Shown here in pieces: positions 1 through 8,300 of a stretch of DNA of 64,000 nucleotides. The DNA comes from an uncultured delta proteobacterium (GTDB lineage: Bacteria > Desulfobacterota > Binatia > Binatales > Binataceae), in assembly GCA_963842085.1 (NCBI GenBank), contig CAWJET010000002.1:192001-256000 (forward strand). Direction: 5' to 3'. Positions within the stretch are counted from its first letter, which is position 1; each line of letters begins with the position of its first letter. The notes under the pieces were generated by a model. It made no database searches and was not told the DNA's origin. It saw only the letters and a program-made list of their open reading frames with translations. The position numbers were made by a program, and so were the translations under genes.

Positions 1-100
1 AGTACTCAGAAAATGTGCTGTTCTCGAAATTACCCGACCCAGAAGCGGGCATCGCGAGAATCCCTAGGAGCGCTACCAGCAGTCCTTTCGTGAAATTCAT
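1..100 (-). CDS. Secreted/periplasmic protein, N-terminal part only (runs off window edge); candidate immunity protein for the DPBB tip
   Basis: ATG at 100-98, 13 nt after the TGA of the 114-638 ORF. Translates MNFTKGLLVALLGILAMPASGSGNFENSTFLST..., a Sec-type signal peptide (K, hydrophobic core, A-S-G). Not in the ORF track because it is truncated. Confidence 0.65.
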   Translation of the reverse strand, partial: MNFTKGLLVALLGILAMPASGSGNFENSTFSEY

Positions 101-113
101 ATCGCTGATTCTC

Positions 114-638
114 TCATTGCAGAGGAGGCTGAGGCCCTGCGGGAAGCGTAACCGTTACGGGGATGTGCCCCTCACTCAGACTGCCGCCTGTAAGCGCCTT
201 GAACGCACCGGGCGACAGGTCTATGATTCGATTCTTTCCCTTCGCGTACGGCCCGTGATCGATAACTTTCACCGTAATGGTTTTCGGAACGTTAGAACCA
301 GGCTTCAGATAGGTAACATTAGCTTCTGTTCCGCACGGGAAGGTTCCGTTCGGACCGACTATCTTCGGACTCATCGCAGCGGTGAAGCCCTCAGGGTCTG
401 AGTACACGTAATTGGAGCAACCCGTGTGCCCTGTAGGGTAGTAAAAGCTAGCCTCGCCGCTGATGGTCATCGGGTCCGCAGACCCTTGCGCGGCAGAAGC
501 CTCGTCCGGGATCAGACCATCCTGAATTCCCAAGATGACCGGATACAGCGGGTGGCGGCCGTGGCGCAACTGGCGCGGAATCGGAGGGGCACTGCTGCCG
601 CCAAACAACCAGTCGAAGATGTCCTGGAAACAATTCAC
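114..638 (-). CDS. Orphan polymorphic-toxin C-terminal cassette 2: conserved junction + RlpA-like double-psi beta-barrel (lytic transglycosylase/expansin-like) domain
   Basis: RlpA/DPBB motifs GEASFY..TAA..PCGT..VT..VKVIDHGPY..RIIDLSPGAF..L..G..V.V. Preceded by the junction peptide shared with 1015-1629. Possible GTG at 638, just after the upstream stop; may be a start-less fragment. Confidence 0.7.
   Translation of the reverse strand: MNCFQDIFDWLFGGSSAPPIPRQLRHGRHPLYPVILGIQDGLIPDEASAAQGSADPMTISGEASFYYPTGHTGCSNYVYSDPEGFTAAMSPKIVGPNGTFPCGTEANVTYLKPGSNVPKTITVKVIDHGPYAKGKNRIIDLSPGAFKALTGGSLSEGHIPVTVTLPAGPQPPLQ
507..587 (-). repeat. Cassette junction repeat, copy 2 (encodes PPIPRQLRHGRHPLYPVILGIQDGLIP)
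   Basis: Direct repeat of 1381-1461. 553-589 is identical to 1427-1463 over 37 bp. The two peptides match at 24/27 aa. Confidence 0.95.
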
Positions 639-640
639 CG

Positions 641-1000
641 TTAGCCGCCGTCTCTGAGGAACGCCTGGATCCCAAACACAGTTGCGGCAGCCAGAGAGAT
701 AACCGCAGCGACCAGCAGCCCGAGGCCGATCATCGCATCCGCCAGGAAGGGGATTATCGTGATGGGGTGCCACGTGACCAACACGGACGCTGCTGTCAGC
801 AGGATCGCAAGGACCATAAGCCCGAAGGGCCTTCGGCCTGTGCGCCATCCCGCACCCAATACCACGAGCGCGCCCACGGCTGGGAGGCCGTAATCCTGGA
901 GGATCCAGCCAGCGGTCTGGGGAAAAAGTGCCCACAATACCGCAAGTACGGTCGCAATAGGAAAAATGATCCAAAATACCCGCTGTTTATAGGATCGCAT
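641..1000 (-). CDS. Small multi-pass membrane protein (~4 TM, 119 aa); candidate immunity protein for cassette 1
   Basis: GGAGGAG SD upstream of ATG at 1000. MRSYKQRVFWIIFPIATVLAVLWALFP... is hydrophobic throughout. Lies immediately after the stop of the 1015-1629 tip. Confidence 0.7.
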   Translation of the reverse strand: MRSYKQRVFWIIFPIATVLAVLWALFPQTAGWILQDYGLPAVGALVVLGAGWRTGRRPFGLMVLAILLTAASVLVTWHPITIIPFLADAMIGLGLLVAAVISLAAATVFGIQAFLRDGG

Positions 1001-1014
1001 CGGATGCTCCTCCA

Positions 1015-1629
1015 TCAATTCCCGTGCCCGCAATTGAGGAACTGCGCAACGCAGTTCGCATAGCGAGCTGCGGTGATACCGCCGCAAACGGTGAGAGCTC
1101 CGCTCACTGCAAAACCGGTTGCGCCTTCACAGCCGGCCAAGGTCTCGGGGAATGCCGGTCCGGTAGCCGCAGATATAGGGAAGCATCCGGCAGCGAGCCC
1201 CGCGCCGAATTCCAGAACACGCTTTGCGCACTCAGGGTTCGCGAAGACGGGCTTCACGCAGGCTTCGTATTGCTCAAAACACATAGCCTGGTTATCGCTA
1301 TTGGGCTTGGGCTGCAGCGGGGGGTCAGGACAAAGGTCGGGGTCTCCGCAGACTGGTGGCTTGCCCGCGGACTCCATGGTCGGAATCAGGCCGTCGGAAA
1401 AACCCAAAATCAGCGGATACAGTGGATGGCGGCCGTGGCGCAACTGGCGCGGAATCGGAGGGGTGTCGCTGCCGCCCCCGCCGAAGAGGTCGTCGAACAA
1501 CTCAAACAGCCCTTCCGCTATCAACCCTATAACAACGGCCGGCGTCGCAACACCTAGAGAAACGCCTTCAGCACCGACTGGAAATGCGTTGAAAGCGCTG
1601 ATGGCCCCGGCCGTTAGGATTTTACTACA
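1015..1629 (-). CDS. Orphan polymorphic-toxin C-terminal cassette 1: hydrophobic pre-junction + junction + Cys-rich hydrophobic tip (probably a start-less fragment)
   Basis: The frame stays open from the SDR stop (CSKILTAGAISAFNAFPVGAEGVSLGVATPAVVIGLIAEGLFELFDDLFGG...), with no canonical start before TTG at 1524. It carries the junction motif and then a 10-Cys Gly/Ala-rich tip. Confidence 0.65.
   Translation of the reverse strand, partial: CSKILTAGAISAFNAFPVGAEGVSLGVATPAVVIGLIAEGLFELFDDLFGGGGSDTPPIPRQLRHGRHPLYPLILGFSDGLIPTMESAGKPPVCGDPDLCPDPPLQPKPNSDNQAMCFEQYEACVKPVFANPECAKRVLEFGAGLAAGCFPISAATGPAFPETLAGCEGATGFAVSGALTVCGGITAARYANCVAQFLNCGHGN
1381..1461 (-). repeat. Cassette junction repeat, copy 1 (encodes PPIPRQLRHGRHPLYPLILGFSDGLIP)
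   Basis: Direct repeat of 507-587 at an 874-bp offset. Confidence 0.95.
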
Positions 1630-1630
1630 C

Positions 1631-2509
1631 CTACGATTTCGTCTTGTGCTCCGGTTTGCCGCCGCCCATGAGCGTGCCCGCGCCCTGCATCAGCCGGGTG
1701 CCGACGCTCAGCAGCGCGTCGGTGACGCCGGGGAACAGCGACGCGAGTTTTTCCGCGACCGCGGCGCCGGGAGGAACGTCCACCTCGGTCAGCCCGAACG
1801 CGGCCGCGGCCAGCACCGCCCACGTCACCCATCGCGGCGGCATCGCCGCCAACGCCGACACGGCATGGAGCGGATCGTGCTTGAGCGCGTTGCGCGCCAT
1901 CGGCGTGTCGATCACCCCGGGCATCACGAGCGATACCTTGATGCCGGTATTGAACAACTCGACGCGCAGTGCTTCGGTCAGTCCCACCAGCGCAAACTTG
2001 GTCGAGCTGTAGCCGCCGAGCGGGCTGACTCCCCGGCGTCCCGCCAGCGACGAGATGTTCACGATGTTGCCCGACCTGGCTTTGCGCATCACGGGCAGCA
2101 CGGCTTGCATCGCGTGGAGTGCGCCGAAGACATTTACCGCCATCATCTTTTCGAGGTCTTCGGGGCGCATCTGCTCGACCGTATCGGTGATCAGCAATCC
2201 CGCCGAGTTGATCAGGATGTCGAGTTTGCCGAAGGCTTCCTTGACCTGCTCTACCGCCCAGAACACGCGCGCGCGATCGGTCACGTCGCAATCGAGCGCG
2301 AGCGCCTTGCCGCCGGCCTTGTTGATTTTGTCCGCGAGTTCGTCAAGCTGCGCGCGCCGGCGCGCGAGCAGCGCAACCTGCGCGCCCTGTTGGCCAAAGG
2401 CGAGCGCGACGTCGTGGCCGATGCCACTCGAGGCGCCGGTTATGACCACCGATTTGTCGAAGAAGTAACCGCGCACCGGTCCTTTGGATTGCCGCTTGGG
2501 TTCGCTCAT
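1631..2509 (-). CDS. Short-chain dehydrogenase/reductase (SDR)
   Basis: TGASSGIG, NSAG, NISS and YSSTK motifs; GAGG SD before ATG 2509. Confidence 0.93.
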   Translation of the reverse strand: MSEPKRQSKGPVRGYFFDKSVVITGASSGIGHDVALAFGQQGAQVALLARRRAQLDELADKINKAGGKALALDCDVTDRARVFWAVEQVKEAFGKLDILINSAGLLITDTVEQMRPEDLEKMMAVNVFGALHAMQAVLPVMRKARSGNIVNISSLAGRRGVSPLGGYSSTKFALVGLTEALRVELFNTGIKVSLVMPGVIDTPMARNALKHDPLHAVSALAAMPPRWVTWAVLAAAAFGLTEVDVPPGAAVAEKLASLFPGVTDALLSVGTRLMQGAGTLMGGGKPEHKTKS

Positions 2510-2687
2510 TGCCGTCACCTCGATTGGGCGCCGTGGCACGGAACTGATGGCGGGGGCGTCGTTTCAGGCATTGTGCGCCGGTCCCCCGCGCATGCGCAAA
2601 CCGGCGCTCAGGCGGGTTGCCGAGGGGACCGGGCGTGGTTAACAATCAATCGAGGGAGCCGTGTGAGATGCGGGAGCGCGAATTATA

Positions 2688-3311
2688 GTGAACTCGAGAA
2701 CTGTCATTACTGAAATCGCCGCGGCAGGCGTATTGCTCGGCTCGTATCCGCTCGATTGGCTGGTCAAGAGAAGCGAGCCGTACTTCTGCGCGCCGTCCAG
2801 CGAGCCCGTCATTCTGCTTCACGGCTTCGGCGGCAGCCGATCCAACCTGCTGGCGCTGGGGGCGTATTTGCGGCTGGCGGGCTTCGACAACGTGTCGTTC
2901 TTCGAGTACCCGCGATGGCAAACGCTGAGCGACTCCGCCGCGCAACTCGGACGCGTCGCAGAGGAAAAATCCGGCGGCGGCGTGCATCTGATCGGCCACA
3001 GCCTGGGCGGCACCGTGGCGCGGCGTTACGCGGCTGGCGCGCCAAAACGCGCGGTGCGCTCGCTGATCACGCTTGGCTCGCCATATTCGTACGCCCAGTG
3101 GAGCCCGAGAGAGCTCGGGATTTTCGGCGACGACGACCCGATCGTGCCGGCGCCGATCGAGGCGCTTGTGAATAGCGCCGCATTCGGACGGATCGTGTCG
3201 CTGCACGACGTCGGACATCTGGCACTGATCTTTCATCCCGAGGCGCTGCGCATCGTAGGCACCGAACTGCGCGCGAATCGCGCGCCCGAGAACAAAGTCG
3301 CAGTGCAATAG
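2688..3311 (+). CDS. Alpha/beta-hydrolase (lipase/esterase family)
   Basis: PVILLHGFG oxyanion motif, GHSLGG nucleophile elbow, D-P-I-V acid and GH base. Confidence 0.85.
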   Translation: MNSRTVITEIAAAGVLLGSYPLDWLVKRSEPYFCAPSSEPVILLHGFGGSRSNLLALGAYLRLAGFDNVSFFEYPRWQTLSDSAAQLGRVAEEKSGGGVHLIGHSLGGTVARRYAAGAPKRAVRSLITLGSPYSYAQWSPRELGIFGDDDPIVPAPIEALVNSAAFGRIVSLHDVGHLALIFHPEALRIVGTELRANRAPENKVAVQ

Positions 3312-3340
3312 GGCACCGATGCCGCGATAGACTCCGCGCC

Positions 3341-3961
3341 ATGAGTACGATGATTGCCGCCAGCGCGATCGTCCTGGCAGGCGGGCGCAGCTCGCGGATG
3401 GGGCGGCCGAAGGCCTCGCTCGATTTTGGCGGCGTCCCGTTGCTGACCCGGATCGTCTCCGAGCTGAAGCGGCGCTTCGCGGAAATCGTAGTCGTCGCCG
3501 CGCCTGAGTCCGAAGACTCGCTTCCGCTGGATCTCCCCGCGACAAAAGTACTACGCGACGGCGCCCCATTTCTGGGGCCCTCAGAAGCGCTCCGGCTCGG
3601 ACTAGATGCTGTTACCAACGAGATGGCGTTCGCATGCTCGTGCGATCTGCCGCTGTTGAATTCCGACGTTGCTGCGGCGATCGTCGCGATGCTCGGTGAT
3701 TTCGACTCGGCGATTCCAATCGTTGGTGAGAAGCTGCAACCGCTGCACGCCGCGTATCGCAAGCGATGCGCCGGCGTGCTCGCAGCGCTCGCCGCGCGAC
3801 CCGAGTCGCGCCTGAGTGCGATCGCGGACGCGGTCAATACGATCAGGGTCAGCGAAGATCAGCTCAGAAGGATCGATCCGCAGCTCAGGAGTTTTTTCAA
3901 CGTGAACACGCCAGAGGACTATCGGCGCGCACTCGAGCTCGCCCGTAGGTCAGCGAAATAA
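3341..3961 (+). CDS. mobA: Molybdenum cofactor guanylyltransferase
   Basis: VLAGGRSSRMGRPKA, CDLP, QPLHAAY and FFNVNTPEDY motifs. Confidence 0.93.
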   Translation: MSTMIAASAIVLAGGRSSRMGRPKASLDFGGVPLLTRIVSELKRRFAEIVVVAAPESEDSLPLDLPATKVLRDGAPFLGPSEALRLGLDAVTNEMAFACSCDLPLLNSDVAAAIVAMLGDFDSAIPIVGEKLQPLHAAYRKRCAGVLAALAARPESRLSAIADAVNTIRVSEDQLRRIDPQLRSFFNVNTPEDYRRALELARRSAK

Positions 3962-3992
3962 GGGCCGCTTCGCGATTTCAAAAACGGTACCG

Positions 3993-4061
3993 GCTTCGCT
4001 GACGCGAAGCTGTCCGAGATCCTTCCTTGCGCTCGCGTTGCTCGCTTCAATCAGGATGACA
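3993..4061. repeat. REP-like palindromic element between convergent mobA and gcvPB
   Basis: Hairpin GCTTCGC-TGAC-GCGAAGC (3993-4010), then GAGATCCTTC...TCAGGATGACA (4016-4061), which resembles the widespread TGTCATCCTGAG..GAAGGATCTC extragenic repeat type. Confidence 0.55.
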
Positions 4062-4111
4062 CAAAAAGTGATCACGCGGGTATCGTGCGGGAGGCCAAGC
4101 ATGATCCATCG

Positions 4112-5641
4112 CTAAGCCTTCTTCTCCCACCGCAGAATCGGGCGGCGTGCGGCGAGCGCTTCATCCACGCGCGAGACCGGCAAGGTCTGCGGCGCGTTCT
4201 TGACGCGCTGGGGATCGTTCAGCGCTTCGTCGTAAATCCGTTCCATCGCATCGACGAAGCTGTCCAGGATTTGCTTGCTCTCGGTCTCGGTCGGCTCGAT
4301 CATCAGCGCGCCCGGGACCACCAGCGGGAAATAGATCGTCGGGGGATGGATGCCGAAGTCGAGCAGGCGCTTGGCGATCTCGAGCGTGCTCACGTCGGCG
4401 CGCTTTTCGAGGTCGTGCGAGAGCACGCATTCATGCATCGACCATTCCGTCGTCGCGCTGGGGAAGTGCGCCTCAAGGCGTTTGCGAACGTAGTTCGCGC
4501 CGAGGATCGCGAGGCGGCTGGCAGTCGCGAGCCCGTCGCCGCCGAGGGCCAGGATGTAGGCGTAGGCGCGCACGATCATTCCGAAATTGTTGTGATAGGA
4601 ACGCATCCGGCCGATGGAATCGGGCCGCTCGCGATCGAATTCGTAGCCGGCGCTGGTGCGCTTCAGCCGCGGCATCGGCAGGAACGGCTCCAGATGCTTC
4701 TTCACCGCGACCGGGCCGGCGCCCGGCCCGCCGCCGCCATGAGGTGTCGAGAAAGTCTTGTGCAGATTGAGCTGCACGATATCTGCGCCCATGTGCCCGG
4801 GCTTGGCGACGCCGAGCAGGGCGTTCATGTTGGCGCCGTCCAGGTAGAGTATCGCGCCGCGGTCGTGCAGGGCGGCCGCGATCTCCTGGATTTCCGGCTC
4901 GAAGATCCCAAGCGTGTTGGGGTTGGTGATCATCATGGCGGCGACGTCGTCGCTGAGCAGGTGCTTCACCTCCGCCGCCTCGAGGTATTCGCGCCGGTTC
5001 GATTTCGCGACCACCACCTCGAAGCCGGCGAGCGTGCAGCTCGCGGGATTGGTGCCGTGGGCAGTGTCGGGGATGATCACCTTGTGGCGGGTCTCGCCGC
5101 GCTTGCGATGATACCCGCGGACCATCAGGAGCCCCGTCAGCTCGCCCTGCGCGCCGGCGGCAGGATGCAACGATACGGCGTCCATGCCAGTGATCTCGGC
5201 GAGCGCGGCTTCCATTCGCGCGATCAGTTCGAGCGCGCCCTGCGCCAGATGCGCCGGCGTCGCGGGATGGAGTCCCGCAAGGCCGGGCAGAGCCGCCAAC
5301 TCGTCGTTCACGACCGGGTTGTACTTCATCGTGCACGAGCCGAGCGGGTAGAACTCGAGCGCCTGGGCGAAGTTGAGCTGGGAGAGGCGCAAAAAATGCC
5401 GCAGCACCTGCGGCTCGCTGAGCTCGGGGAAGCCGGGGAGATCCTCGCGGCAAAGCTCGGCGCCGATCAGCTCGGCGCCGCGGCGCTCGCCGGCGGTGCG
5501 TGGCGCGAGATCAGTTCCGCGGCGGCCTTCGGATGAAAGTTCGAAAATGAGCGGCACGCCCGCCACCGGCTCGATTCGATCGACGGTCGAAGGAGTTTCA
5601 GGGGCCGGGACTGGTCCGATTCTGCCCGCACTCGCCATCAC
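4112..5641 (-). CDS. gcvPB: Glycine dehydrogenase (decarboxylating) subunit 2
   Basis: YPLGSCTMKYNP, AHGTNPAS, NLHKTFSTPHGGGGPG and IEPTETESK motifs. Confidence 0.97.
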   Translation of the reverse strand: MMASAGRIGPVPAPETPSTVDRIEPVAGVPLIFELSSEGRRGTDLAPRTAGERRGAELIGAELCREDLPGFPELSEPQVLRHFLRLSQLNFAQALEFYPLGSCTMKYNPVVNDELAALPGLAGLHPATPAHLAQGALELIARMEAALAEITGMDAVSLHPAAGAQGELTGLLMVRGYHRKRGETRHKVIIPDTAHGTNPASCTLAGFEVVVAKSNRREYLEAAEVKHLLSDDVAAMMITNPNTLGIFEPEIQEIAAALHDRGAILYLDGANMNALLGVAKPGHMGADIVQLNLHKTFSTPHGGGGPGAGPVAVKKHLEPFLPMPRLKRTSAGYEFDRERPDSIGRMRSYHNNFGMIVRAYAYILALGGDGLATASRLAILGANYVRKRLEAHFPSATTEWSMHECVLSHDLEKRADVSTLEIAKRLLDFGIHPPTIYFPLVVPGALMIEPTETESKQILDSFVDAMERIYDEALNDPQRVKNAPQTLPVSRVDEALAARRPILRWEKKA

Positions 5642-6987
5642 CGCACCTCCGCAATTGCCGCCGCAAGCCGGCTGAACTCTTCGCCGCGATTCATCTCGGT
5701 GACTGAAAGCAGGAGCGCGTCGGAAAGTTCGGGATAGTCGCCGCCGAGGGCGACTCCTGCCAGGATTTGCTTGCGCTCAGCCGCTTCCAGAGCGGCCGCG
5801 GGGTTCGCAAGCTTCAACGCGAACTCGTTGAAGAACGGTCCCGAAAAACGCCGGCCGATGCCCGCAGCCTCGAGCACCGCGGCCGCCTGATGCGCCAGCT
5901 CGACGTTTCGCTCCGCCAGCTCGCGGAGTCCAGCCCGGCCCATCAACGAGAGATAGACCGTGGCGGCGAGCGCGCACAGGGAGTGATTGGTGCAGATGTT
6001 GGAGGTCGCCCGTTCGCGGCGGATATGCTGCTCGCGGGTATTGAGCGTCAGGCAAAACGCGCGGCGACCGTCGCGATCGCGAGTCTGTCCGACTAAGCGG
6101 CCCGGCATCTGGCGGATATGGGTCATCCGCGCCGCCATGAAGCCAACGCCGGGTCCGCCGTATTGAAGCGACAGCCCGAAACTTTGACCCTCGCCGACGG
6201 CAATGTCGACGCCGAGCTCGCCCGGCGCGCGCAGCAGACCAAGCGCGATACCCTCGGCAGTGGCGGAGATGGCGAGTGCGCCCGCGCGATGCGTCAGCTC
6301 GGAAATCGCGCCGAGCGGTTCGATTACGCCGAGTGCGTTGGGATAGCCGGTGACCGTGCAGAGCAGGCGATCGTTGGCGATTCGATCGAGCGCGGCGGCG
6401 TCGGTCGCGCCGGTCGCGTCGTCAAACGGAACTTCGACGATCTCGATTCCCTTGAGCGCGCTCAGGTAGGTGCGAATGGTCGCGCGATAGTCCGGCCAGA
6501 GCGCTCGCGAAAGTGCGACGACCGGCCGCTTGGGCATCAGCCGCCGTGCCATCAGAACGGCCTCGGCGGCGGCGGACGCACCGTCGTACATGCTGGCGTT
6601 GGCGACTTCCAGCGCGGTGAGTTGCGTGATCAGCGTCTGAAACTCGAAAATCGCTTGCGTGGTTCCCTGGCTCGCCTCGGCCTGGTACGGCGTATAGCTG
6701 GTGGCGAACTCGGCGCGCGCGATGACGGCGCGCACCGCGGCCGGCACGTAATGGCGATAGTAACCGGCGCCGAGGAAACTGACGAAACCCGAGGCGCCCG
6801 TATTGCGAGCCGCGAGCGCTGAAATCTCCCGGACGACATCCGCTTCGCTGCAGCCGGGGTCGAGGTTGATCGCCGCGCTCGCGCGCAGGTTCGCCGGCAC
6901 GTGCGCGATCAGGTCGTCGAGATGCTTTGCTCCGATCGTTTCGAGCATCGCGGCGACATCGCTCTCTGTATGTGGCATGAATCTCAT
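5638..6987 (-). CDS. gcvPA: Glycine dehydrogenase (decarboxylating) subunit 1
   Basis: YTPYQAEASQG, NASMYDG and REQHIRRERATSNICTN motifs; start set at MRFMPHT. Confidence 0.97.
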   Translation of the reverse strand: MRFMPHTESDVAAMLETIGAKHLDDLIAHVPANLRASAAINLDPGCSEADVVREISALAARNTGASGFVSFLGAGYYRHYVPAAVRAVIARAEFATSYTPYQAEASQGTTQAIFEFQTLITQLTALEVANASMYDGASAAAEAVLMARRLMPKRPVVALSRALWPDYRATIRTYLSALKGIEIVEVPFDDATGATDAAALDRIANDRLLCTVTGYPNALGVIEPLGAISELTHRAGALAISATAEGIALGLLRAPGELGVDIAVGEGQSFGLSLQYGGPGVGFMAARMTHIRQMPGRLVGQTRDRDGRRAFCLTLNTREQHIRRERATSNICTNHSLCALAATVYLSLMGRAGLRELAERNVELAHQAAAVLEAAGIGRRFSGPFFNEFALKLANPAAALEAAERKQILAGVALGGDYPELSDALLLSVTEMNRGEEFSRLAAAIAEVR

Positions 6988-7039
6988 GGAATCAACTTGT
7001 CCTCCGCCCGGCTCCGCCGCCACTTAACCCGTAATTCAA

Positions 7040-8170
7040 TCATACGCGCGCAGTTGATGCCGCAAATGGCTCAGCGTGCCTGTAGAACGGGCGCGGCACG
7101 ATGGTCGCGCGGGTTTTGCGCTCGCGAATTTCAACTTCGAGCGACTCGCCCACGCTCGGATTCTTCGCACCTTCGACCGCGAGATACGCCATCGCGATCG
7201 GTCGTTGAAGCGACGGCGCGAACGTCCCGCTCGTCACGACGCCGGCCTCGTTGCCTTTCCGAAATACGCGGTAGCCCTGGCGTGCGACCATCCGGCCGTC
7301 GTCGGTCTGCAGCCCGACCAAGGTTTTCTTCAATCCTTGTTCGCGTTGCGCGGTAAGCGCCGCTGCGCCGATAAACGGACGCCCCAGCCTGACGAAAGCC
7401 CCCAGGCCCGCCTCGAGCGGCGACGAGTTGCGATCGAGTTCGTGGCCATAGAGCGCCAGGCCTGCTTCGAGCCGCAGCGTGTCGCGCGCGCCCAGCCCGA
7501 CCGGCTTGGCATCGGCGGCAGCGCCGGCGTCCAGAATAGCCTCGAACAAATCGCGCGCGCCGTCGTTTTCCACGAACAACTCGAAGCCGTCTTCGCCGGT
7601 GTAACCCGTGCGGGCAGCAACGCAGCTGATTCCCGCGACCGTTCCTTCCGCGACGCCGAAGCGCGCGACGTCGGCGATAGGAAAATCCGCCAGCGTCGCC
7701 AATATCGCGACTGCCACCGGCCCCTGGACTGCGACCAGCGCAGTGGCGTCGCTCACGTCCTCGAACTTCGCGCGCCCGCCGTTGAGTTGCGCGAGCCATT
7801 CGCGATCCGTCTCGATGTTGGATGCGTTGACGCAGAGCATGTAGCGTTCCGGGCCGAGGCGATAAACGATCAGGTCGTCGATAGTGCCGCCGTCGTCCGC
7901 GCACATGATCGTGTACTGCGCGTGGCCAAGCTTGAGCCGCGACGCGGAATTGGTGAACACGCGCTCGAGCGTCGCGAGTGCGTGCGGCCCACTGATTTCA
8001 AACTCGCCCATGTGACTCAGATCGAAAATTCCCGCCGAATTGCGGACCGCAAGATGCTCCTCGATGATCCCGCCGTAACTGACGGGCATCTCGAAATCAC
8101 CGAAGACCGTCATCCGCGCGCCGAGTTTCTGGTGAAGGTCGAACAGGACAGTGCGCTTGGGCGCATTCAT
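7040..8170 (-). CDS. gcvT: Glycine cleavage system aminomethyltransferase T
   Basis: FDLSHMGE, RTGYTGEDGFE and GLGARDTLRLEAG motifs; start set at MNAPKRT. Confidence 0.97.
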   Translation of the reverse strand: MNAPKRTVLFDLHQKLGARMTVFGDFEMPVSYGGIIEEHLAVRNSAGIFDLSHMGEFEISGPHALATLERVFTNSASRLKLGHAQYTIMCADDGGTIDDLIVYRLGPERYMLCVNASNIETDREWLAQLNGGRAKFEDVSDATALVAVQGPVAVAILATLADFPIADVARFGVAEGTVAGISCVAARTGYTGEDGFELFVENDGARDLFEAILDAGAAADAKPVGLGARDTLRLEAGLALYGHELDRNSSPLEAGLGAFVRLGRPFIGAAALTAQREQGLKKTLVGLQTDDGRMVARQGYRVFRKGNEAGVVTSGTFAPSLQRPIAMAYLAVEGAKNPSVGESLEVEIRERKTRATIVPRPFYRHAEPFAASTARV

Positions 8171-8300
8171 CAGCGGCAAGATTGTAACAGACCGTTTTGG
8201 GCCGAACGAGACGACCGCGCGCGATCTGCCAACAACCGCCCGGCTTCTGTCCACAGCGCCTTGCTCGCCGCGACCCGGTGCTATAATCGACTGATACCCG

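Noticed and set aside
639-974. N-terminal 112 aa of track ORF 114..974
   Set aside because: It overlaps the better-supported membrane-protein gene 641-1000 in another frame; meaningful sequence starts at the junction region (~638).
553-1463. 37-bp direct repeat as a CRISPR repeat
   Set aside because: Only two copies, 874 bp apart, both in frame within coding sequence, with similarity continuing at the protein level; no cas genes.
2534-2548. TGGCACG as a sigma54 promoter
   Set aside because: The -12 GC is missing at the required spacing (reads TGAT).
1073-2713. 546-aa + strand ORF, and many similar long antisense ORFs (e.g. 4085..5536, 26904..28700, 60597..62039)
   Set aside because: Shadow ORFs opposite well-supported genes; expected at high GC and lacking family motifs.
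8171-8300. Glycine riboswitch before gcvT
   Set aside because: The region is short and has no recognisable aptamer motifs.
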